DNA of 64,000 bases from Octopus vulgaris (lineage: Eukaryota). Below, in pieces: positions 13,380 to 26,200 of this stretch. Made by a program: the position numbers and the translations under genes. The number at the start of each line of letters is the position of its first letter. Positions within the stretch are counted from its first letter, which is position 1. The notes beneath the pieces were generated by a model that had not been told where the DNA came from, made no database searches, and saw only the letters and a program-made list of their open reading frames with translations. Location of the stretch: NCBI GenBank assembly GCA_951406725.2, contig OX597819.1, forward strand, positions 68,324,001-68,388,000. The letters are read 5' to 3'.

Positions 13380-14280
13380 ATTAGTATGATCAAATTCTAG
13401 ATTTCTACAAAGGTCGCAGTGGATTGCTTCCCCTAGTTTGTCTACATTGGGAATCTACTTTGTTTTTGTCTATTTTGGTTTTTATTCTAATTAGTCTTTA
13501 ATGCTTGATCTTGTGCGGCTCTTAACAATCACCTAGTCCCCCTCTTCAACTTTCTTTTCTGCAGACATAACCATATCTCACAACTACTATTTGTTGAAAC
13601 TATCTTCGAGAATCTACCAGGCAACGCCTTCTCCTGCCAGTGAGATACTTTCTATTCTTTTTCCTGATTTTTAAGTTCGTTTGGTGTTTTTGTTTCGCTG
13701 TTTTGTTGTGACTCTAGCAGCTTTTGATAAACATTCTGCACTATTACCTACATAGGAGTTTATATCTACTGTAGAAAACTCCACGCAGTCTTCTACTGAT
13801 ATTAACCCTCTTCCGCCTTATTTTCTACACAGGTGTAATCTTGCTACTCCTGCCCTTGGATGTAGTCCTCCATTCATATTGAATTCCTTCCTAGTTCTTC
13901 TGTTTACGTTTGCTAATTTAATTTTTGTCGAATCTACAAAAGCTGCTGGGTATCTAAGTAATGATACTGTCTAAGCATTTACAGTCTACACTAGATTCGA
14001 ACCATTTAGCTTTGACTTCATTAGCTTTTTCATCCTTCTGATATAATCCTTTTCCATTTTCGTCTTCAATTCTGGAGTTGTACCGAATCCGATTCCAATA
14101 CTCCTAGATACTTATTACTCTCGCCTCCTTTCAAGGATTTTAAAGCCTGGTCATCTGGTAATGGGATGCCGTCGCTGTTAACTGCCTGTCTCCTTGTTAT
14201 AACAAATATTGCACTCTTATCTATGCCAAATCCCATGTCTATATCGTTGCTGAAGGTTCTTACAGTCTGTATTAAGGATT
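13380..14280 (-). mobile_element. Decayed R4/Dong-clade non-LTR retrotransposon, RT C-terminal region (possibly continuing at about 14880-15170)
   Basis: Minus-strand translation gives YLGVLESD, LMKSKLNGSNLV, LLRYPAAFV and GGLHPRAGVARLHLCRK*GGRGLISVEDCVE, matching the LHP.ADVDRLY..R..GGRGL motif of the R4 clade. Adjacent to (TTA)n at 14308-14381. Confidence 0.75.
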
Positions 14281-14306
14281 GTTTTTCTCTTTTATTCTTT
14301 CGTTCA

Positions 14307-14363
<57 letters not shown>

Positions 14364-14539
14364 CATTATTATTATTATTATTTCACGCCGTAATGTTTAC
14401 ATTATTAACTACATTCTCACCAGCACCATTCCTGCCGCTTCCAGATAACTGGTATATTTTCTATCAATTATCTATTAAAATAAACCCCATAATTTGGAGG
14501 AAAAAAATTCATATCATATTTTTTTAATATTTTGCATGT

Positions 14540-14770
14540 TTCTTATTTCTTTTTTGTCCACAAGGGGCTAAACACAGAGGGAACAAAGAAGACAAAGGGG
14601 TTAAGTCGATTAGATAGACCCCAGTGCGTAATTGGTACTTAATTTATCGACCCCGGAAGGATGAAAGGCAAAGTCGACCTCGGCCGAATTTGAACTCAGA
14701 ACGTAATAACAGACGAAATACCGCTAAGCATTTCGCCCGGCGTGCTAACGTTTCTGCCAGCTCGCCGCCT
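14540..14770 (-). mobile_element. SINE family A, young full-length copy
   Basis: Near-consensus reverse copy including the tail CCCCTTGTGG. Confidence 0.85.
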
Positions 14771-15246
14771 TATATATTTTACATGTCTCTGTTATTGGGC
14801 AGTGGCTATGTCGGGACACCACCTTAAAGAGTTTAGTCGAACAAAATGAATGCACTCTATTCATTCTGGCACTTATGTTAAGTAGCATACTCCAGGGTCA
14901 TATTTTATCTTAATGTTGCTTGTACTTGCTCCGAAACTTTTTTCATAGCCCTTAACGAAATGTCAATGACACCTACTAGGAGACAGAGCAAAGAATCAAA
15001 ATCTCGTCCACGCATTCTCCAAATCTAATTTCTTAGGGCTACTCCGAAAAGTTTGAAGACATTCCACAGATTCTCCATGTAAAATTCTTTACGCAAAGAG
15101 GCCCATGCACTCGGTGTGTTCATCGACCGTTTGACTAACACATCAGCTCTACTATATATATTTATAAACACCACGAAGTCTCTTAACTCAGTGAATTTTG
15201 TTATTTTGTTTACCACTGGCTTTAAATAGTTTTAGAATTTTAATAT

Positions 15247-15297
<51 letters not shown>

Positions 15298-15484
15298 GTA
15301 TGTATGTGTTCGTGTGTTTGCGTGCGCGTGCCGCGAAATTGAAACCGAGATGTCTCTTGACTCAAGTTTCAAGCCATTGCGATCTTGAGGCGAGAACTCG
15401 AGTCCCGAAACAAACTCTCAGCTTCGGTGCCATTAATGCAACATCATGCAATGAGCACTATTCTACATTTCGACATAAGTCGGG

Positions 15485-15537
<53 letters not shown>

Positions 15538-15574
15538 ACACACACATACATACGCAAACACATATGTACATTCT

Positions 15575-15850
15575 GATGGCTCGTGTTTATGCTATTCGGC
15601 TCACTGTCGTAAAGTTATGAGTTCGATTCCCGGTTGTGCGTTATGTCATATTGCTCCAGTCAGTTAAGCTGGCAAAAGTGAGGTGTACCTGCATTTCCAA
15701 GGACCAGCCTTGTGATATTTTGTGTAACACAAGAAACTTCACGAGAACTACGTTAAGGGGCCGAGTGTCTGTGGTGTTCTCAACCACTTACACCAATTGA
15801 TAGGATTAATCAGAACAGTGATTGTCGTAATCGTCAGAGTACAAGTTTCT
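15575..15850 (+). mobile_element. SINE family C copy
   Basis: Homologous to 7404-7700; B-box GAGTTCGATTCCC. Confidence 0.6.
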
Positions 15851-15879
15851 TCATATATATATAACCATATCTACACAAC

Positions 15880-15961
<82 letters not shown>

Positions 15962-15985
15962 ATACATATGTATATATATATATAT

Positions 15986-16160
15986 AGGTGCAGGAGTGAC
16001 TGTGTGGTGAGAAGCTAGCTTCCCAACCACATGGTTCCACGTTCAGTCCCATTGCGTTGCACCTTGCTCAAGTGTCTTCTGCTTCAGCCTTAGGCCGACC
16101 CAAAGGCCTTTTGTGTTGATTTGGCTGCTGATAGAAACTGAAAGAAGCCCGTCGCATATG

Positions 16161-16205
<45 letters not shown>

Positions 16206-16400
16206 TTGTGTGACTATGTTTGTACCCCCACCATCGCTTGACAACCGATGTTGGAATGTTTAACGGCAATATTGACCTATGGGATAAGTACTAGGCTTAC
16301 AACGAACAAGCCCCTGGGTTAGATTTTTTCGACTAAAAAGCCGTGCTCCAGTATGACCGCAAAGAAATGTCTGAAACAAGTAAAAAGAATAAAAGAATCA
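15986..16400 (+). mobile_element. SINE family B (tRNA head, CORE-like CCTTGGGCAAGT segment, internal (TA)n/(TG)n tract, LINE-like tail)
   Basis: Collinear with 62685-63167 and with the reverse copy at 56250-56688. Confidence 0.85.
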
Positions 16401-16848
16401 AAGAATACTTACATATATTTAATTAGGATTATCTCCGTCTGCTTGAGTGTGCTCCTTGCCAATAGATATAGCGAACACATATCTACATTACGCAACAACA
16501 ATCAGAGGAAATCTCATATGCGGAAGGGATTTGCAATACGAAGACTCTGATCGCTTCGTTTCGTCAGATAATTTCATCTAAATCAAAATTATGTTAATAA
16601 AGTACGGCCTAATATGTTTAAAATTGTTTCTGTTTATTTATATGTTGCCACATTATAGGAATGAATGAGTTAATATATGTACGAAATTCGTTTCCTAATT
16701 ACTTGTCACGTCAAATCCGAGAAACTTTCTCCACCAGCATCAGTAGAAGATTAACTAGTTAAGAACTTAACACGAGATATTTATTCTCAAATGATACTCT
16801 GATCCAAAGGCACACGTACAAATACATACATACATACATACATATAAT

Positions 16849-16899
<51 letters not shown>

Positions 16900-16927
16900 C
16901 ATATATACAGAACATATATATATATAC

Positions 16928-16973
<46 letters not shown>

Positions 16974-17149
16974 TTGTACGAACAAATATAGGTATTTATA
17001 AATATGTATGTGTATATGCATGTGTTTAAATCATATACACATATCACTGTATACATAATTATATATGTCATTATGGTAAGTAATGAGATGCCCGATAACT
17101 GTCTTGACCCAATATATATGATGCGTATCTATATATTAGCGCTGATCCC

Positions 17150-17235
<86 letters not shown>

Positions 17236-17259
17236 ATGCATGTATGTATTATGTATATT

Positions 17260-17780
17260 CCTTTATTCGTTTGTTCGTTTATTGGCTGAATGCAGCCACG
17301 CCGAAGCACCGCTTTTAGTCAAAGAAATCGACGGCAGGTCTGGGAGTTATTCTATCGTTCTCTTTTGCTGAACCGGTAAGTTACGGAGACATAAACACAC
17401 AAACATCGGTTGTCAGGTGAGGGTGGTGGGGACAAACGACAAACAAAGGCACACACACACATATTGTTGGGAATACAAAAAAAAAGACGAAGACAAGCGT
17501 GTAAACAACAAACAGGTGTATTAGTTTAACGCTCGGGAAAATGAGGAAGTCTTTTACGTTTAGGGCATACGCATTTTAACAGAAAGGAACACGAGAAAAT
17601 AAATAGGGAGAGAATAAAAAAAAAGCTTTAGTAGTTAGCTTTCGATCATGGGGATGGCTGGACACGAGCCACTCATTGGGATCTGGTCTGCCCTCCCGCA
17701 GGCCATAGTAGAAAACACGTGTTGAAGGTGCTATGCAGTGGGACTGAACACGAACCATGCAATGGGGAAGCAAGCTTCAC
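17260..17780 (-). mobile_element. SINE B interrupted at its internal microsatellite by a PLE pLTR fragment (about 17465-17650)
   Basis: SINE B 3' half at 17260-17460 and 5' half at 17690-17780. The intervening sequence is homologous to 11745-11935. Confidence 0.65.
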
Positions 17781-17783
17781 CAG

Positions 17784-17826
<43 letters not shown>

Positions 17827-17841
17827 ATGTATATGTATATA

Positions 17842-18006
<165 letters not shown>

Positions 18007-18550
18007 ACACACTTTCCTTATTACTATCCATTATATAAGCAATTACAAGTTATTAATATCTCAATACAAAGATTTGTTTCTACAAACACATTTGTATAGT
18101 CTTCCTCATATGAGTAAGTCGGACATATTTCTCTGTTAATGTAAGTATATATATAATTATCTCCATACACACACACACAAACACACACAAACAAACAGAT
18201 ACACACACATGTATTTATATATGTATATGTTTATACATATATATATATATTGTTATGTGAATGTGTATAAATATGAATGTATCTATGTATACATGCATAT
18301 ACAAATTCATGTATTTTTATAAACTTTTGTGTTCTTAATGTGTGCTCCAGCAAAAATTCAAATGATTGTTTGAAATATAAGGACTTATATGGACATGGGT
18401 GTGTTGTATTTCTCACTTTATATTCTATCTCGTCTGCTGATTTTCAAACTCTCTCTGATTGCCTGTCTGTCTCTCTCTCTCTCTTTCTATCTATGTATAC
18501 GCACACAAACATACGAACACGCACATATTCATATACACAGACATATACAG

Positions 18551-18574
<24 letters not shown>

Positions 18575-18582
<8 letters not shown>

Positions 18583-20248
18583 TTAATAAGGGTGAGAGAA
18601 TTAGATACTAATTTAATAGTATATTTATTCCACACCAAGTGGCCTAGTGCTACGAGAAACCTGGATTATTATAATATTTTATAACATATTATAATATTTT
18701 CACAAAATAAATATAAGAGAGTGTTCACTATATTGATCACTCTAGCACCAGTTAATCCAAGAGGTTTCAACCACGAAAAATACATGTTTCCCATGAAAGC
18801 CGGTACGACTGTTAGCTCACACGGACAGGGCAAATAAAAAATAACAAAAATACAGATTATTTTGGGACAATTGTTTCGCTATTAATGAATTAAATGTAAT
18901 ATTACTTACAGTAATCCATTTGTAGCTCTTCAGCCAAGACTATCTGGATGAAATCCACTCAATCACACGCCAGATTTTACCATAACGATAAATACGCGTG
19001 CGGTTCAATTGATTACATCGGACGTTATAATTCAAATGCCCCAACCAACAGCGCGCCAAACTCTCACGGAAAACAAATACAGCATTTAGAAATAAATGCA
19101 GCATAATTATAATTAATTAATAAGGGTGAGAGAATTAGATACTAATTTAATAGTATATTTATTCCACACCAAGTGGCCTAGTGCTACGAGAAACCTGGAT
19201 TATTATAATATTTTATAACATATTATAATATTTTCACAAAATAAATATAAGAGAGTGTTCACTATATTGATCACTCTAGCACCAGTTAATCCAAGAGGTT
19301 TCAACCACGAAAAATACATGTTTCCCATGAAAGCCGGTACGACTGTTAGCTCACACGGACAGGGCAAATAAAAAATAACAAAAATACAGATTATTTTGGG
19401 ACAATTGTTTCGCTATTAATGAATTAAATGTAATATTACTTACAGTAATCCATTTGTAGCTCTTCAGCCAAGACTATCTGGATGAAATCCACTCAATCAC
19501 ACGCCAGATTTTACCATAACGATAAATACGCGTGCGGTTCAATTGATTACATCGGACGTTATAATTCAAATGCCCCAACCAACAGCGCGCCAAACTCTCA
19601 CGGAAAACAAATACAGCATTTAGAAATAAATGCAGCATAATTATAATTAATTAATAAGGGTGAGAGAATTAGATACTAATTTAATAGTATATTTATTCCA
19701 CACCAAGTGGCCTAGTGCTACGAGAAACCTGGATTATTATAATATTTTATAACATATTATAATATTTTCACAAAATAAATATAAGAGAGTGTTCACTATA
19801 TTGATCACTCTAGCACCAGTTAATCCAAGAGGTTTCAACCACGAAAAATACATGTTTCCCATGAAAGCCGGTACGACTGTTAGCTCACACGGACAGGGCA
19901 AATAAAAAATAACAAAAATACAGATTATTTTGGGACAATTGTTTCGCTATTAATGAATTAAATGTAATATTACTTACAGTAATCCATTTGTAGCTCTTCA
20001 GCCAAGACTATCTGGATGAAATCCACTCAATCACACGCCAGATTTTACCATAACGATAAATACGCGTGCGGTTCAATTGATTACATCGGACGTTATAATT
20101 CAAATGCCCCAACCAACAGCGCGCAAACTCACGGAAAACAAATACAGCATTTAGATATAAATGCAGCATAATTATAATTAATTAATAAGGGTGAGAGAAT
20201 TAGATACTAATTTAATAGTATATTTATTCCACACCAAGTGGCCTAGTG
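18575..20248 (-). repeat. Left block of the 534-bp hammerhead-containing tandem array (about 3.1 units, ribozyme sense on minus strand)
   Basis: The T of GGGTGAGAG falls at 18593, 19127, 19661 and 20192 (periods 534, 534, 531). Begins within (TA)n. Confidence 0.97.
18862..18937 (-). ncRNA. Type I hammerhead ribozyme (also at 19396-19471 and 19930-20005)
   Basis: Reverse complement of the motif described at 20877-20952. Confidence 0.85.
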
Positions 20249-23200
20249 AATTATAACGTCCGATGTAATCAATTGAACCGCACGCGTATTTATCGTTATG
20301 GTAAAATCTGGCGTGTGATTGAGTGGATTTCATCCAGATAGTCTTGGCTGAAAGCTACAAATGGATTACTGTAAGTAATATTACATTTAATTCATTAATA
20401 GCGAAACAATTGTCCCAAAATAATCTGTATTTTTGTTATTTTTTATTTGCCCTGTCCGTGTGAGCTAACAGTCGTACCGGCTTTCATGGGAAACATGTAT
20501 TTTTCGTGGTTGAAACCTCTTGGATTAACTGGTGCTAGAGTGATCAATATAGTGAACACTCTCTTATATTTATTTTGTGAAAATATTATAATATGTTATA
20601 AAATATTATAATAATCCAGGTTTCTCGTAGCACTAGGCCACTTGGTGTGGAATAAATATACTATTAAATTAGTATCTAATTCTCTCACCCTTATTAATTA
20701 ATTATAATTATGCTGCATTTATTTCTAAATGCTGTATTTGTTTTCCGTGAGAGTTTGGCGCGCTGTTGGTTGGGGCATTTGAATTATAACGTCCGATGTA
20801 ATCAATTGAACCGCACGCGTATTTATCGTTATGGTAAAATCTGGCGTGTGATTGAGTGGATTTCATCCAGATAGTCTTGGCTGAAGAGCTACAAATGGAT
20901 TACTGTAAGTAATATTACATTTAATTCATTAATAGCGAAACAATTGTCCCAAAATAATCTGTATTTTTGTTATTTTTTATTTGCCCTGTCCGTGTGAGCT
21001 AACAGTCGTACCGGCTTTCATGGGAAACATGTATTTTTCGTGGTTGAAACCTCTTGGATTAACTGGTGCTAGAGTGATCAATATAGTGAACACTCTCTTA
21101 TATTTATTTTGTGAAAATATTATAATATGTTATAAAATATTATAATAATCCAGGTTTCTCGTAGCACTAGGCCACTTGGTGTGGAATAAATATACTATTA
21201 AATTAGTATCTAATTCTCTCACCCTTATTAATTAATTATAATTATGCTGCATTTATTTCTAAATGCTGTATTTGTTTTCCGTGAGAGTTTGGCGCGCTGT
21301 TGGTTGGGGCATTTGAATTATAACGTCCGATGTAATCAATTGAACCGCACGCGTATTTATCGTTATGGTAAAATCTGGCGTGTGATTGAGTGGATTTCAT
21401 CCAGATAGTCTTGGCTGAAGAGCTACAAATGGATTACTGTAAGTAATATTACATTTAATTCATTAATAGCGAAACAATTGTCCCAAAATAATCTGTATTT
21501 TTGTTATTTTTTATTTGCCCTGTCCGTGTGAGCTAACAGTCGTACCGGCTTTCATGGGAAACATGTATTTTTCGTGGTTGAAACCTCTTGGATTAACTGG
21601 TGCTAGAGTGATCAATATAGTGAACACTCTCTTATATTTATTTTGTGAAAATATTATAATATGTTATAAAATATTATAATAATCCAGGTTTCTCGTAGCA
21701 CTAGGCCACTTGGTGTGGAATAAATATACTATTAAATTAGTATCTAATTCTCTCACCCTTATTAATTAATTATAATTATGCTGCATTTATTTCTAAATGC
21801 TGTATTTGTTTTCCGTGAGAGTTTGGCGCGCTGTTGGTTGGGGCATTTGAATTATAACGTCCGATGTAATCAATTGAACCGCACGCGTATTTATCGTTAT
21901 GGTAAAATCTGGCGTGTGATTGAGTGGATTTCATCCAGATAGTCTTGGCTGAAGAGCTACAAATGGATTACTGTAAGTAATATTACATTTAATTCATTAA
22001 TAGCGAAACAATTGTCCCAAAATAATCTGTATTTTTGTTATTTTTTATTTGCCCTGTCCGTGTGAGCTAACAGTCGTACCGGCTTTCATGGGAAACATGT
22101 ATTTTTCGTGGTTGAAACCTCTTGGATTAACTGGTGCTAGAGTGATCAATATAGTGAACACTCTCTTATATTTATTTTGTGAAAATATTATAATATGTTA
22201 TAAAATATTATAATAATCCAGGTTTCTCGTAGCACTAGGCCACTTGGTGTGGAATAAATATACTATTAAATTAGTATCTAATTCTCTCACCCTTATTAAT
22301 TAATTATAATTATGCTGCATTTATTTCTAAATGCTGTATTTGTTTTCCGTGAGAGTTTGGCGCGCTGTTGGTTGGGGCATTTGAATTATAACGTCCGATG
22401 TAATCAATTGAACCGCACGCGTATTTATCGTTATGGTAAAATCTGGCGTGTGATTGAGTGGATTTCATCCAGATAGTCTTGGCTGAAGAGCTACAAATGG
22501 ATTACTGTAAGTAATATTACATTTAATTCATTAATAGCGAAACAATTGTCCCAAAATAATCTGTATTTTTGTTATTTTTTATTTGCCCTGTCCGTGTGAG
22601 CTAACAGTCGTACCGGCTTTCATGGGAAACATGTATTTTCGTGGTTGAAACCTCTTGGATTAACTGGTGCTAGAGTGATCAATATAGTGAACACTCTCTT
22701 ATATTTATTTTGTGAAAATATTATAATATGTTATAAAATATTATAATAATCCAGGTTTCTCGTAGCACTAGGCCACTTGGTGTGGAATAAATATACTATT
22801 AAATTAGTATCTAATTCTCTCACCCTTATTAATTAATTATAATTATGCTGCATTTATTTCTAAATGCTGTATTTGTTTTCCGTGAGAGTTTGGCGCGCTG
22901 TTGGTTGGGGCATTTGAATTATAACGTCCGATGTAATCAATTGAACCGCACGCGTATTTATCGTTATGGTAAAATCTGGCGTGTGATTGAGTGGATTTCA
23001 TCCAGATAGTCTTGGCTGAAGAGCTACAAATGGATTACTGTAAGTAATATTACATTTAATTCATTAATAGCGAAACAATTGTCCCAAAATAATCTGTATT
23101 TTTGTTATTTTTTATTTGCCCTGTCCGTGTGAGCTAACAGTCGTACCGGCTTTCATGGGAAACATGTATTTTTCGTGGTTGAAACCTCTTGGATTAACTG

Positions 23201-26200
23201 GTGCTAGAGTGATCAATATAGTGAACACTCTCTTATATTTATTTTGTGAAAATATTATAATATGTTATAAAATATTATAATAATCCAGGTTTCTCGTAGC
23301 ACTAGGCCACTTGGTGTGGAATAAATATACTATTAAATTAGTATCTAATTCTCTCACCCTTATTAATTAATTATAATTATGCTGCATTTATTTCTAAATG
23401 CTGTATTTGTTTTCCGTGAGAGTTTGGCGCGCTGTTGGTTGGGGCATTTGAATTATAACGTCCGATGTAATCAATTGAACCGCACGCGTATTTATCGTTA
23501 TGGTAAAATCTGGCGTGTGATTGAGTGGATTTCATCCAGATAGTCTTGGCTGAAGAGCTACAAATGGATTACTGTAAGTAATATTACATTTAATTCATTA
23601 ATAGCGAAACAATTGTCCCAAAATAATCTGTATTTTTGTTATTTTTTATTTGCCCTGTCCGTGTGAGCTAACAGTCGTACCGGCTTTCATGGGAAACATG
23701 TATTTTTCGTGGTTGAAACCTCTTGGATTAACTGGTGCTAGAGTGATCAATATAGTGAACACTCTCTTATATTTATTTTGTGAAAATATTATAATATGTT
23801 ATAAAATATTATAATAATCCAGGTTTCTCGTAGCACTAGGCCACTTGGTGTGGAATAAATATACTATTAAATTAGTATCTAATTCTCTCACCCTTATTAA
23901 TTAATTATAATTATGCTGCATTTATTTCTAAATGCTGTATTTGTTTTCCGTGAGAGTTTGGCGCGCTGTTGGTTGGGGCATTTGAATTATAACGTCCGAT
24001 GTAATCAATTGAACCGCACGCGTATTTATCGTTATGGTAAAATCTGGCGTGTGATTGAGTGGATTTCATCCAGATAGTCTTGGCTGAAGAGCTACAAATG
24101 GATTACTGTAAGTAATATTACATTTAATTCATTAATAGCGAAACAATTGTCCCAAAATAATCTGTATTTTTGTTATTTTTTATTTGCCCTGTCCGTGTGA
24201 GCTAACAGTCGTACCGGCTTTCATGGGAAACATGTATTTTTCGTGGTTGAAACCTCTTGGATTAACTGGTGCTAGAGTGATCAATATAGTGAACACTCTC
24301 TTATATTTATTTTGTGAAAATATTATAATATGTTATAAAATATTATAATAATCCAGGTTTCTCGTAGCACTAGGCCACTTGGTGTGGAATAAATATACTA
24401 TTAAATTAGTATCTAATTCTCTCACCCTTATTAATTAATTATAATTATGCTGCATTTATTTCTAAATGCTGTATTTGTTTTCCGTGAGAGTTTGGCGCGC
24501 TGTTGGTTGGGGCATTTGAATTATAACGTCCGATGTAATCAATTGAACCGCACGCGTATTTATCGTTATGGTAAAATCTGGCGTGTGATTGAGTGGATTT
24601 CATCCAGATAGTCTTGGCTGAAGAGCTACAAATGGATTACTGTAAGTAATATTACATTTAATTCATTAATAGCGAAACAATTGTCCCAAAATAATCTGTA
24701 TTTTTGTTATTTTTTATTTGCCCTGTCCGTGTGAGCTAACAGTCGTACCGGCTTTCATGGGAAACATGTATTTTTCGTGGTTGAAACCTCTTGGATTAAC
24801 TGGTGCTAGAGTGATCAATATAGTGAACACTCTCTTATATTTATTTTGTGAAAATATTATAATATGTTATAAAATATTATAATAATCCAGGTTTCTCGTA
24901 GCACTAGGCCACTTGGTGTGGAATAAATATACTATTAAATTAGTATCTAATTCTCTCACCCTTATTAATTAATTATAATTATGCTGCATTTATTTCTAAA
25001 TGCTGTATTTGTTTTCCGTGAGAGTTTGGCGCGCTGTTGGTTGGGGCATTTGAATTATAACGTCCGATGTAATCAATTGAACCGCACGCGTATTTATCGT
25101 TATGGTAAAATCTGGCGTGTGATTGAGTGGATTTCATCCAGATAGTCTTGGCTGAAGAGCTACAAATGGATTACTGTAAGTAATATTACATTTAATTCAT
25201 TAATAGCGAAACAATTGTCCCAAAATAATCTGTATTTTTGTTATTTTTTATTTGCCCTGTCCGTGTGAGCTAACAGTCGTACCGGCTTTCATGGGAAACA
25301 TGTATTTTTCGTGGTTGAAACCTCTTGGATTAACTGGTGCTAGAGTGATCAATATAGTGAACACTCTCTTATATTTATTTTGTGAAAATATTATAATATG
25401 TTATAAAATATTATAATAATCCAGGTTTCTCGTAGCACTAGGCCACTTGGTGTGGAATAAATATACTATTAAATTAGTATCTAATTCTCTCACCCTTATT
25501 AATTAATTATAATTATGCTGCATTTATTTCTAAATGCTGTATTTGTTTTCCGTGAGAGTTTGGCGCGCTGTTGGTTGGGGCATTTGAATTATAACGTCCG
25601 ATGTAATCAATTGAACCGCACGCGTATTTATCGTTATGGTAAAATCTGGCGTGTGATTGAGTGGATTTCATCCAGATAGTCTTGGCTGAAGAGCTACAAA
25701 TGGATTACTGTAAGTAATATTACATTTAATTCATTAATAGCGAAACAATTGTCCCAAAATAATCTGTATTTTTGTTATTTTTTATTTGCCCTGTCCGTGT
25801 GAGCTAACAGTCGTACCGGCTTTCATGGGAAACATGTATTTTTCGTGGTTGAAACCTCTTGGATTAACTGGTGCTAGAGTGATCAATATAGTGAACACTC
25901 TCTTATATTTATTTTGTGAAAATATTATAATATGTTATAAAATATTATAATAATCCAGGTTTCTCGTAGCACTAGGCCACTTGGTGTGGAATAAATATAC
26001 TATTAAATTAGTATCTAATTCTCTCACCCTTATTAATTAATTATAATTATGCTGCATTTATTTCTAAATGCTGTATTTGTTTTCCGTGAGAGTTTGGCGC
26101 GCTGTTGGTTGGGGCATTTGAATTATAACGTCCGATGTAATCAATTGAACCGCACGCGTATTTATCGTTATGGTAAAATCTGGCGTGTGATTGAGTGGAT

